Assembly: GCA_014376815.1 (NCBI GenBank)
Contig: JACMQV010000018.1
Location: forward strand, 1-58,040
Direction of reading: 5' to 3'
DNA: 58,040 nt
Source: Cryobacterium sp.
Lineage (GTDB): Bacteria; Actinomycetota; Actinomycetes; Actinomycetales; Microbacteriaceae
In this document: piece after piece, positions 17,938 to 26,656 of the stretch
Layout: every line of letters begins with the position of its first letter
How positions within the stretch are numbered: position 1 is the first letter of the stretch
Position numbers and translations under genes: made by a program
Notes under the pieces: generated by a model
Database searches by the model: none
Seen by the model: the letters and a program-made list of their open reading frames with translations, nothing else
Told to the model about the DNA's origin: nothing

Positions 17938-18813
17938 TCAGCGGGCCAGGTTCACGCCGTGGATTCCGTTGTGGAACCGCAGCGACGGGAACACCGCCGA
18001 CACGGTGAAGCCGACCCCGGGCACGGTCCCCGCGTTGAAGACGCCGCCGAATAGCTCGGCGCGTTCGCGCATCTGGGTGATGCCCGCCCCGGAGAAGCTG
18101 CCGCTCAGCGCCTTCAGGTCGTCATCGATCGTGTACGCGGTGCGCGCCGCGAAGTCGGCTTCATCGGCGCTCTCCCGCCGGGCCGCCGCCCGGATGCCGT
18201 CATCCGCCACCACGAGTTGCAGTCCGTCCCGGGTCCAGGTAAAGGTGATGCGGGCTTCCGTTCCGCGGCCGCCGTGGGTGAGGGTGTTGGCCAGTGCCGC
18301 CTGCAGGATGCGGAAGATGGCCAGTTCGGCGCCCGGCTTGAGCGGGAAACGTTCCCCGGTCTCGGTGAAGACCACGGAGAGGCCGGCATCGCGCATGACC
18401 CGGAACAGGTCGCGTGTGGACTGCAGGCCGGGCTGCGTCGTGGCGCTGGCTTCGCCGTCCCGCACGATCGTGAGGACCCGTCGCATGTCGGCCAGCGCCA
18501 CGCGGCCGTCCTCCGCCAGGGCTGCGGCTACCCGGACGGCGCTCGTCGGGTCGCTCTCCGCCGTGTACCGGGCCGCCTCGGCGCGCGTGATCAGGCGGGA
18601 GACCGAGAGAACGGCGACGTCCTGCAGCTCGCGGATGATGCCCAGCCGGCCCTGCTGCTCGGCGAGGGAGAGCTCCAGGTCGATGCGCATCCGCTCCGCC
18701 GCCGACCGGTCGAACACGACACGCCGGGCATTACGCCGGGCGAGCAGCCACAGGCCGAGAAGCACAGCCGAGAGCACCGCCAGCACGATGTCCACACTGA
18801 AGGAGATGTTCAC
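17938..18813 (-). CDS. HisKA_3/HATPase-type protein with degenerate H-box (probable pseudokinase)
   Basis: One TM, 'IIRELQDV', 'ALADMRRVL', 'FRILQAALAN', 'DDG', 'MRERAELFGG'; start moved to GTG 18813, downstream of the tRNA terminator. Confidence 0.8.
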   Translation of the reverse strand: MNISFSVDIVLAVLSAVLLGLWLLARRNARRVVFDRSAAERMRIDLELSLAEQQGRLGIIRELQDVAVLSVSRLITRAEAARYTAESDPTSAVRVAAALAEDGRVALADMRRVLTIVRDGEASATTQPGLQSTRDLFRVMRDAGLSVVFTETGERFPLKPGAELAIFRILQAALANTLTHGGRGTEARITFTWTRDGLQLVVADDGIRAAARRESADEADFAARTAYTIDDDLKALSGSFSGAGITQMRERAELFGGVFNAGTVPGVGFTVSAVFPSLRFHNGIHGVNLAR

Positions 18814-18834
18814 GGATGCCGCCATTTCTGCTGA

Positions 18835-18869
18835 AAAGGCCACCAGGGGTGGAGCCCTTGGTGGCCTTT
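18835..18869 (-). terminator. Intrinsic terminator after tRNA-Asn
   Basis: AAAGGCCACCAGGGG / CCCTTGGTGGCCTTT stem ending in a T run on the minus strand. Confidence 0.8.
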
Positions 18870-18871
18870 AG

Positions 18872-18944
18872 CTCCCCGACTTGGACTCGAACCAAGAACC
18901 TGCGCATTAACAGTGCGCTGCTCTGCCAATTGAGCTATCGAGGA
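18872..18944 (-). tRNA. tRNA-Asn (GTT)
   Basis: TCCTCGATAGCTCAATTGGCAGAGCAGCGCACT-GTT-AATGCGCAGGTTCTTGGTTCGAGTCCAAGTCGGGGAG cloverleaf. Confidence 0.96.
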
Positions 18945-19005
18945 ATGCTTGAACAACTCTGTTACTTTATCAAAAGTTCGCCATCTGCAAAATCGAGGCT
19001 GGCCT

Positions 19006-20013
19006 TCAGTAGCCGGCGCGAGGGTCCACGACCCCGACAAACCGCCCGTCTTCAAGGAATGCGCGCACATTCAGACGAATCCGTTCGGCCAGCAGCGGTG
19101 CCGTCATCTCGGGCGTGTCCGCCGTGTGTGGGGTGATCAGGCACCGCGGTTCGGACCATAACGGGTGCCCGTCCGGCAACGGCTCCGGGTCGGTGACGTC
19201 GAGGGCCGCCCCGGCGATGCTCCCGGCGGCGAGAGCGGCCACCAGCGCCTGCGTGTGAACGAGTGGCCCCCGCGCGATGTTCACCAGGACCGCCTGCGAC
19301 CGCATCAGCCCGAGTTCACGCTCCCCGATCAGGTGCCGGGTGCCGTCGGTGAGCGCCGCGGCCACGAACACGACGTCGGCGGTCTGCAGCACGTCCTGCA
19401 GCGCCTCAACGGGCACCGTCCGGGACGCGCCGGGCACCGGTTGCGGGCTGCGGCGCACGACCGTGATCGAGGCGTCGAAGGGCGCGAGCAGGCGAATCAG
19501 CTCCAGGGCGATCCCGCCGGCGCCGATGATGACCACGGTGCGTCCGTAGAGCGACCGCCCTTCCGGCACCGTGCTCCAGCTCGATGCCCGGGCGCGTTTC
19601 GGCAGCACCCGCAGCAGGGCCAGAGCGAGGGCGAGGGCGTGCTCGGCGACGGGCTGCGCGTAGGCACCCTTTGCGCTGGTCCAGACCAGGCCGGGCCGGT
19701 CCAGCCCGGCCAGGACTCCGCTGAATGCGTCCACGCCCGCCCAGGGCAGCTGAACCCAGCCGATCTGCGGGTGGGCGTCCAGGGTGGCGCGCAGTTCGTC
19801 CGCCCGCCCGTAATCCAGCCAGATCAGTCCCCGGGTGCTCGGGGAGAGTCCCGTGACCGTTCCCCCCGCCGCCCGCACGGCGGCCGTGAAGCTACCCTCG
19901 GACTCCGGCAGGACCGTGATCGGGCCGCGGACCGGCCACCGGGATTCCGGCAGGGGCGTCACGGGTGCCGTGAGCACGGCCTGGTGCTGCCCGGGCTCAG
20001 CGCTGCGTGACAT
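19006..20013 (-). CDS. D-isomer-specific 2-hydroxyacid dehydrogenase
   Basis: 'GAGGIA', 'VNIARG', 'ALDVTDPEPL', 'ITPHTA'. Confidence 0.92.
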   Translation of the reverse strand: MSRSAEPGQHQAVLTAPVTPLPESRWPVRGPITVLPESEGSFTAAVRAAGGTVTGLSPSTRGLIWLDYGRADELRATLDAHPQIGWVQLPWAGVDAFSGVLAGLDRPGLVWTSAKGAYAQPVAEHALALALALLRVLPKRARASSWSTVPEGRSLYGRTVVIIGAGGIALELIRLLAPFDASITVVRRSPQPVPGASRTVPVEALQDVLQTADVVFVAAALTDGTRHLIGERELGLMRSQAVLVNIARGPLVHTQALVAALAAGSIAGAALDVTDPEPLPDGHPLWSEPRCLITPHTADTPEMTAPLLAERIRLNVRAFLEDGRFVGVVDPRAGY

Positions 20014-20893
20014 GGGCACCGGCCTCGTCCGCGCCGGGTTCGTTCCGGTGGGTTTCGTCAGGGCTGGGCGGGTCGAGCGCCCGGAGCGCGTCGGCCAGGC
20101 CGGCGACATACGGATGCCACGGGTCGTCGAACACCTCGTCGATGGTGCCGAGCCCGACCAGGACTCCCTGGTGGAGCACGCCGATCCGGTTCGCCACCCG
20201 GCGCAGCACCTTGAGGTCCGAGCTGATCACCAGGGCGGAGAAGGCCCGTTCCCGCTGCAGTTCCCCGATCAGGTCGATCACCGCGTCCCGCACCGTCACG
20301 TCGACGCCCGCTGTCGGCTCGTCGGCGATCAGGAGTGACGGCCCGAACACGAGCGCCCGGGCGAGGGCCACCCGCTGGCGCTGCCCGTTGCTCAGCTCGT
20401 ACGGGTACTGGGTGAGCACGGTCAGGGGCAGGCGGACGGCGTCGACCATGGTGGCGACCCGGGCCTCGAGCGCGCGACGGTTGTAGCGCCGGTCCCGGTC
20501 GAGCACCGGCTCGGCCACGATCTCCCCGACGGTCAGCGTGGGGGCAAGCGTGTCCGCGGCGTCCTGGGCGAGGTAGCCGACCCCGAAGGTCAGGCGGGCC
20601 AGTTTGCGACGACGGATGCGGCGCAGCCGCAAGCCCAGAACGTCGGCCTCTCCCCCGGTGATCTGCGGCCTCACCTCGCCATCCCCCGAACCGAACGCGG
20701 CCCCCGACAGCACCCGGGCGAGGGTACTCTTGCCTGAACCGCTCTCGCCCAGAAGCCCGAGCACCTCGCCGGGGTCGATCCGCAGGGTGAGGCCGTGCAC
20801 GGCCACGAAGGCGCCGCTGGCGCCGTGTGGCGGGTATTCGATGGTCAGGTCACTCGTCGTGATCGGGAATTTCGGTGGGGCGCCGCGAGTCAT
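19997..20893 (-). CDS. Single-domain peptide-ABC-type ATPase
   Basis: Walker A GESGSGKS, signature LSNGQRQR, Walker B LLIADEP; ATGA overlap with the upstream ATPase. Confidence 0.88.
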   Translation of the reverse strand: MTRGAPPKFPITTSDLTIEYPPHGASGAFVAVHGLTLRIDPGEVLGLLGESGSGKSTLARVLSGAAFGSGDGEVRPQITGGEADVLGLRLRRIRRRKLARLTFGVGYLAQDAADTLAPTLTVGEIVAEPVLDRDRRYNRRALEARVATMVDAVRLPLTVLTQYPYELSNGQRQRVALARALVFGPSLLIADEPTAGVDVTVRDAVIDLIGELQRERAFSALVISSDLKVLRRVANRIGVLHQGVLVGLGTIDEVFDDPWHPYVAGLADALRALDPPSPDETHRNEPGADEAGAHVTQR

Positions 20894-22587
20894 GATGTCA
20901 ATCCTGCCGCACGTAGCTTGCGGAGACCCTCCCGTCGCACGGCCTGTTCGGCCGGGTCCGGCACGGGCAGCGAGGCGAGGAGCCGCTGGGTGTACGGGTC
21001 TTTCGGTGCACCCAACACCTCGGCGCTGGTTCCCTCCTCGACCAGCTTGCCCTGGTAAAGCACGGCATTCCGGTCGGCGACGAGGTCGACAACGGCGAGG
21101 TCGTGGCTGATGAAGAGCGACGCGAATCCGAATTCCCGCTGGAGTTCCGCGAAGAGCTCCAGCACCCGGGCCTGCACGGACACGTCGAGGGCGCTGGTGG
21201 GCTCGTCGGCGATGAGCAGGGCCGGCTCCAGGGCCAGGGCCCGGGCGAGGCTCGCCCGCTGCCGCTGGCCACCGCTGAGCTCGTGCGGGTAGCGGTCTCC
21301 GTAGGCCCGGGGCAGCTGCACGGCCTCGAGGAGTTCGTTCACCCTGGCCCGGGCTGCCGCGGGCGTCTTCGCCCGGCCGTGCACGACCAGCGGTTCCGCG
21401 ACGCATTCGGCGATCGTGAGCAACGGGTTGAAGCTGGACGCCGGGTCCTGGAAGACGAATCCGATGTCGCTGCGGAACTTCTTGAACGCCCGCTCCCTGA
21501 ACCCGTTCATCTCGTGGCCCAGCACCGTGAGCGAGCCGCCGGTCACCCGGGTGAGGCCGGCGATGGCCCGTCCCGTCGTGGTCTTGCCGGAGCCGCTCTC
21601 GCCCACCAGGCCGAGTACTTCGCCCGGTCTGATCAGGAAGCTCACCCCGTCGACGGCGGTGAAGCCGCCCCGGCCGAGCCGCCCGGGGTATTCGATCCGC
21701 AGATTGTCGGCGACGACGACCGGGGCCTGCTCGGCCCATCCGCTCTCCCGCGCCGTGGCCCGGGCAGCGGCGTGGGCGACGCCCTGGCCGACGTGGGGCA
21801 CGGCGGCGAGCAGCTTCTTCGTGTACTCGTCCTGCGGCGAGGTGAACAGGGTCTGGGCATCCGCCTCCTCCACCACCTTGCCCTGGTACATCACCGCGAC
21901 GCGGTCCGCCAGGTCGGCGACGACACCCATGTTGTGCGTGATCAGCACGATCGCGGTGCCGAACTCGTCGCGGCAGCGCCGCAGCAGGTCGAGGATCTCC
22001 GCCTGTACGGTGACGTCGAGGGCCGTCGTGGGCTCGTCGGCGACGATCAGGCCGGGGTCGAGCACCAGGGCCATGGCGATGACGACGCGCTGCTTCTGCC
22101 CGCCGGAGAACTGGTGCGGGAAGTAGTTCACGCGGATCTCCGGATCGGGGATGCCGACCCGGCTGAGAATCTCAATCGCCTTCTGCTTCGCCTCTTTGCG
22201 GCTGAACTCCCCGTGGGCCCGGATGCCCTCGGCGATCTGCCAGCCGACGGTGTACACCGGATTCAGTGCGGTGGAGGGCTCCTGGAAGACCATCGACACG
22301 TCCGTGCCGCGAACCTGCCGCAGCTGCGACGTGCTGAGGGAGATGACGTCGTTCTCGCTCGAGCCGTCCTTGCTGCTGAGGATGACGGCCCCGGAGGCCG
22401 TCGCCGTTTCCGGCAGCAGCCCGAGAATCGTCTTGGCCGTGACGGTCTTGCCGCTGCCGCTCTCGCCGACGATGGCGAGGACCTCGCCCGGCGCCACCCG
22501 CAGGCTCACCCCGTCGACGGCCCTGACGGCCCCGGCGTCGGTCGCGAAGGAGATACCCAGGTTGGTGATGGTGAGCACGTCGGTCAT
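20890..22587 (-). CDS. Peptide/nickel ABC transporter, fused double ATPase
   Basis: Two GESGSGKT, FSGGQ/LSGGQ and ADEPT motifs. Confidence 0.95.
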   Translation of the reverse strand: MTDVLTITNLGISFATDAGAVRAVDGVSLRVAPGEVLAIVGESGSGKTVTAKTILGLLPETATASGAVILSSKDGSSENDVISLSTSQLRQVRGTDVSMVFQEPSTALNPVYTVGWQIAEGIRAHGEFSRKEAKQKAIEILSRVGIPDPEIRVNYFPHQFSGGQKQRVVIAMALVLDPGLIVADEPTTALDVTVQAEILDLLRRCRDEFGTAIVLITHNMGVVADLADRVAVMYQGKVVEEADAQTLFTSPQDEYTKKLLAAVPHVGQGVAHAAARATARESGWAEQAPVVVADNLRIEYPGRLGRGGFTAVDGVSFLIRPGEVLGLVGESGSGKTTTGRAIAGLTRVTGGSLTVLGHEMNGFRERAFKKFRSDIGFVFQDPASSFNPLLTIAECVAEPLVVHGRAKTPAAARARVNELLEAVQLPRAYGDRYPHELSGGQRQRASLARALALEPALLIADEPTSALDVSVQARVLELFAELQREFGFASLFISHDLAVVDLVADRNAVLYQGKLVEEGTSAEVLGAPKDPYTQRLLASLPVPDPAEQAVRREGLRKLRAAGLTS

Positions 22588-23660
22588 GATCTGGTCTCGA
22601 GTCCGTCGGAGGGATGGGTGGCTTGGTCCTCGAGGCCGTCGAGCCCGCCGGGCCCGGCGGTCAGGACGCCGCCGGGAACGACGGAGGTCTCCGCCACGAC
22701 GCCCGCCGTCTGCGCGACCGCGCGCCGTCCGCGGAGCCGGGGATCGGCCAGGTCGTTGAGGCTTTCGCCCACCAGGGTGATGCCGAGCACGACGAGCACG
22801 ATGGCGAGGCCGGGGAAGAGCGCCGTCCACCAGATCCCGCTGGTGACGTCGGAGAGCGCCTTGTTGAGGTCGTAGCCCCATTCGGACGCGGCCGTCGGTT
22901 CGATCCCGAAGCCGAGGAAACCCAGGCCGGCGAGGGTCAGGATGGCCTCCGACGAGTTCAGGGTGAAGATCAGCGGGAGGGTGCGGGTGGCGTTGCGCAG
23001 CACGTGCCGGAACATGATCCGGCTGTTGCTGGCGCCGAGCACCCGGGCGGACTCGACATAGGCTTCCGCCTTGATCCGAACCGTCTCGGCCCGGATCACC
23101 CGGAAGTACTGCGGGATGAACACCACGGTGATCGAGATCGCGGCCGCCAGGATGCCGCCGATGAGGTTCGACTTGCCGCCGGAGATGACGATCGACATCA
23201 CGATGGCGAGCAGGAGGGACGGGAACGCGTAGACCGCATCGGAGACGACGACCAGGATGCGGTCGAGCCAGCCGCCGAAGTAGCCGGAGAGCAGTCCGAG
23301 CAGCACCCCGGCGAAGATGGACAGGATCACGGCGACGATGATCACGAACAGGGCCGTCTGTGCCCCCCAGATCACCCGGGACAGCACGTCGTAGCCGCCC
23401 ACCGTGGTGCCGAGGAGATGTGCGCCGCCCGGAGGCTGCTGGGCGCCGAACGCGCCGTCGGCGTCGCGAAGCTGGCTGTAGCCGTACGGGGCAAGGAAGG
23501 GAGCGAAGATGGCCGTCAGCACGAACAACGCGGTGATGACCAGGCCGGCCACGAGCATCCCTCGCTGCAGTCCGACGCTCTGGCGCAGCTGATGCACGAC
23601 GGGAAGGCGGGTCCACAGGCCGGGCTTGCGCACGGCGGATGGGTTCTGCACAGCGGTCAC
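22584..23660 (-). CDS. Peptide ABC transporter permease (DppC/OppC-like)
   Basis: 'HLLGT..GYDVLSR', 'YVESARVLGAS', 'LGFLGFG'. Confidence 0.93.
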   Translation of the reverse strand: MTAVQNPSAVRKPGLWTRLPVVHQLRQSVGLQRGMLVAGLVITALFVLTAIFAPFLAPYGYSQLRDADGAFGAQQPPGGAHLLGTTVGGYDVLSRVIWGAQTALFVIIVAVILSIFAGVLLGLLSGYFGGWLDRILVVVSDAVYAFPSLLLAIVMSIVISGGKSNLIGGILAAAISITVVFIPQYFRVIRAETVRIKAEAYVESARVLGASNSRIMFRHVLRNATRTLPLIFTLNSSEAILTLAGLGFLGFGIEPTAASEWGYDLNKALSDVTSGIWWTALFPGLAIVLVVLGITLVGESLNDLADPRLRGRRAVAQTAGVVAETSVVPGGVLTAGPGGLDGLEDQATHPSDGLETRS

Positions 23661-23662
23661 GG

Positions 23663-24751
23663 TCAGTACCTCACCCTCGGGTCGATCAGCGCGGCAATAA
23701 TGTCGACGATGAAGTTGGACAGGGCGACGATCACGGCGAGGAGGGCGACGATTCCCTGCACGGCCACGAAATCGCGGGCCTTGAGGAACTCGGAGAGCAT
23801 GAATCCCAGGCCCTTCCATTCGAAGGTGGTCTCGGTCAGCACCGCACCGCCGAGCAGCAGGGCGATCTGCAGGCCGATCACGGTGATGATCGGGATCAGC
23901 GCCGGCCGGTAGGCGTGCTTGCGCACCAGCCGAAACTCGCTCACGCCCCGCGAGCGGGCGGCGTCGACGTAGTCGGTGCCGAGAGTGCCGATGACGTTGG
24001 TGCGAACCAGCCGGAGGAACACGCCGGCCGTGAGGAGCCCGAGCGCGAGCGACGGGAGCACGGCGTGGGCGAGGACGTCCGCGAGCACGGCCGGGTTTCC
24101 GGTCATGAGGGCGTCGATCGTGTAGAAGCCGGTCTTATTCGGCAGGAGCTGCATCTGCAGTTCTGCACCGGTCGAGGCTCGACCGGCGACCGGGAGCCAC
24201 TGGAGCCACACCGAGAACACGAGCTTGAACAAGAGCCCCGAGAAGAACACCGGGGTGGCATAGCAGAGGATGGCGAAGATGCGCAGGAACGCGTCCGACG
24301 TCTTGTCGCGATAGTAGGCGGCTACCATGCCCAGCGGGATCCCGACGATGAAGGCGACGACGAGGGCGTACGCCACGAGCTCAAAGGTGGCCAGGCCATA
24401 GGTGACCAGGACCTCGGAGACGGGACGGTTGGTGCTGATCGTGGTGCCGAAGTTGCCGGTGAAGATCTGGCCGAGATATTCCACGTACTGCACCAGGATC
24501 GGGCGGTCGTAGCCGGCCGCGTGGATGCGTTCGGCGAGCTGCTCCGGCCCGAGGCGACCACCGAGGGCTGCCGTGATCGGGTCTCCCGTCAGCCGCATCA
24601 GCCAGAAGACCATCGAGACCAGAATGAAGATCGTGGGGATGATCAGCAGGGCACGGATCAGGATGTACCGGCCGATCCCGCCTCCGGACGGGGCTCGTTT
24701 CTTGCGTCCGGTGGCCCGGGGGGCCGTGGAACGCGTGCTCACAGTGGTCAT
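23663..24751 (-). CDS. Peptide ABC transporter permease (DppB/OppB-like)
   Basis: 'GDP', 'DYVDAARSRG', 'GAVLTETTF.W.GLG', 'DPRVRY'. Confidence 0.95.
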   Translation of the reverse strand: MTTVSTRSTAPRATGRKKRAPSGGGIGRYILIRALLIIPTIFILVSMVFWLMRLTGDPITAALGGRLGPEQLAERIHAAGYDRPILVQYVEYLGQIFTGNFGTTISTNRPVSEVLVTYGLATFELVAYALVVAFIVGIPLGMVAAYYRDKTSDAFLRIFAILCYATPVFFSGLLFKLVFSVWLQWLPVAGRASTGAELQMQLLPNKTGFYTIDALMTGNPAVLADVLAHAVLPSLALGLLTAGVFLRLVRTNVIGTLGTDYVDAARSRGVSEFRLVRKHAYRPALIPIITVIGLQIALLLGGAVLTETTFEWKGLGFMLSEFLKARDFVAVQGIVALLAVIVALSNFIVDIIAALIDPRVRY

Positions 24752-24777
24752 GCCTGCCTAACGCTGGAAATGTGAGA

Positions 24778-24810
24778 GGGGCACCCAGCGATGAAACTGC
24801 TGGGTGCCCC
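24778..24810. terminator. Intercistronic stem-loop after the substrate-binding gene
   Basis: Perfect 12-bp arms GGGGCACCCAGC / GCTGGGTGCCCC. Confidence 0.75.
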
Positions 24811-24846
24811 GGATTTCAAATTAGAAGAACTCTAGCCGGTTGGGAC

Positions 24847-26478
24847 TCAGCCCTTTGCCAGCGCAGCGTAGCGGAACTTGAAGGACGCGTCGAGGGTGTC
24901 GCTCGTCCCCGTCACGCCGGTGCCGGTGACGGCCACCTGGGCGCCCTGCAGCAGCGGCACGGTCGAGAGCTGGGCGGCGACCTTGTCCTGGATGTCCTCG
25001 ATCAGCTTGGTGCGCTCCGCGGGGTCGGCCGTGACGGCCTGCTTCAGGATCAAAGCGTCGACCTCCGGGTCGCTGTAGTGGTTTTTCAGGAAGCCACCCT
25101 CGAGGAAGAACGGGGTCAGGTAGTTGTCGGCGTCGGAGTAGTCCGGGAACCAGCCGAGCTGGTAGGCGGGGTAGACGTCGCTCGTGCGGTCCTTCGTGTA
25201 CTGAACCCACTCGGTGGTCTGCAGGTTGACCGTGAACAGGCCGGAGGCCTCCAGCTGGTCCTTGACCAGGGCGTACTCGTCGCCCGAGGAGGGACCGTAG
25301 TGGTCGTTGCTGTACTGCAGGTTCAGCACGAGCGGTGCGGTCACGCCGGCGGCCGCGAGAGTCGCCTTCGCCTTGTCGACGTCAGGGCCGCCTTCTCCGT
25401 TGCCGTAGAGGCTCTTGAGGGGCTCGGTGGCGCCGGTCAGCCCGGCGGGCACGTAGGAGTACACGGGCGTGTAGGTGCCCTTGTAGACCTGCGTGGCGAT
25501 TTCCTCACGGTCGACGAGGTCGGCCACCGCCTGGCGCACGGCGAGAGCCTTGGCCGGGTCGGCCTCCGCGGTCTTGGCGCCGAACGGCTGGGTGTCGAAG
25601 TTGAAGACGACGTAGCGGAGCTCGCCGCCGGGGCCGTCGACAACCTTGACCTTGTCGTTGCCGCGAAGGTCTTCGATGTCGGTGGCCGACAGGCTGCGGA
25701 ACGCGACATCGATGTTGCCCTGCTGAATGTCGAGCTTGAGGTTGGAGGCGTCGGCGTAGTACTTGACGTTGACGACATCCGTCTTGGCGGCGCCCAGGAG
25801 GCCCTCGTAGTCCTTGTTGGCCTTGTAGCCGACGAGGTTGTTGAAGTCGTAGCTGGTGATGACGTATTGGCCGGCGAACGCGTTGGCCTTGACTATGTCA
25901 TCGTCCGACGTCAGTTCCGTCGCGGAGAGGGAGTCCTCGTCGACGATCGGGCCGGCCGGACTGGACAGGATCTGCGGGAAGATCTGGTCGTCGGCCTGCT
26001 TGAGCGTGAAGACGACGGTGGTGTCATCGGGAGCCGCGACGCTGTCCAGGTTGTAGAGCAGCGACGAGGGGCCGTTGTCGTCGGCGATCGCCAGCTGCCG
26101 GTCGAAGCTGAACTTCACGTCGGAGGAGGTCAGGTCGTTGCCGTTGGCCCACTTCAGGCCGGGCTTCAGCGTGACCGTGTACTCCGTCGGGCTGGTGAAT
26201 TCGGCTTTGGTGGCGATGTCGGGCTCGACGTCGGGGCTGCCGTACGGCGTGTTCATCAGGAACGGGAAGACCTGGTTCTGCACGGCGAACGATCCGTTGT
26301 CATACGAACCGGCCGGGTCGAGCGAGGTCACCTTGTCGGTCGTGCCGATCGTGATGGCGCCGCCGGAGGCGTCGTTGGTCGATCCGCCTGCTGAACAGCC
26401 CGCCAGAGTCAGCGCGGCGACGGCGACGACCGCCGCGGCGCTGATCCCCTTCGCGCGTGAAGTGGGTGAGAATGCCAT
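24847..26478 (-). CDS. Family 5 ABC substrate-binding lipoprotein
   Basis: Lipobox LAGC, 'SLDPA', 'TLKPGLKWANG..LTSSDVKFS', 'GWFPDYSD'. Confidence 0.95.
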   Translation of the reverse strand: MAFSPTSRAKGISAAAVVAVAALTLAGCSAGGSTNDASGGAITIGTTDKVTSLDPAGSYDNGSFAVQNQVFPFLMNTPYGSPDVEPDIATKAEFTSPTEYTVTLKPGLKWANGNDLTSSDVKFSFDRQLAIADDNGPSSLLYNLDSVAAPDDTTVVFTLKQADDQIFPQILSSPAGPIVDEDSLSATELTSDDDIVKANAFAGQYVITSYDFNNLVGYKANKDYEGLLGAAKTDVVNVKYYADASNLKLDIQQGNIDVAFRSLSATDIEDLRGNDKVKVVDGPGGELRYVVFNFDTQPFGAKTAEADPAKALAVRQAVADLVDREEIATQVYKGTYTPVYSYVPAGLTGATEPLKSLYGNGEGGPDVDKAKATLAAAGVTAPLVLNLQYSNDHYGPSSGDEYALVKDQLEASGLFTVNLQTTEWVQYTKDRTSDVYPAYQLGWFPDYSDADNYLTPFFLEGGFLKNHYSDPEVDALILKQAVTADPAERTKLIEDIQDKVAAQLSTVPLLQGAQVAVTGTGVTGTSDTLDASFKFRYAALAKG

Positions 26479-26656
26479 AGCCGTGAGCCTCTTCCTCTAG
26501 AAAACCGATGCAGGGAGCACGCCGGACACGTGACGCCTGCATTGCTGTAGAAAAAGAAATAGCACAGAATGCCTGATTCCCAGCGACTTCACGGAGCATC
26601 TTTACCGAGCTGCAACGTGCCCCGGCCGCCGAACCCCGGCCGCCGGGGTGAGCGCC

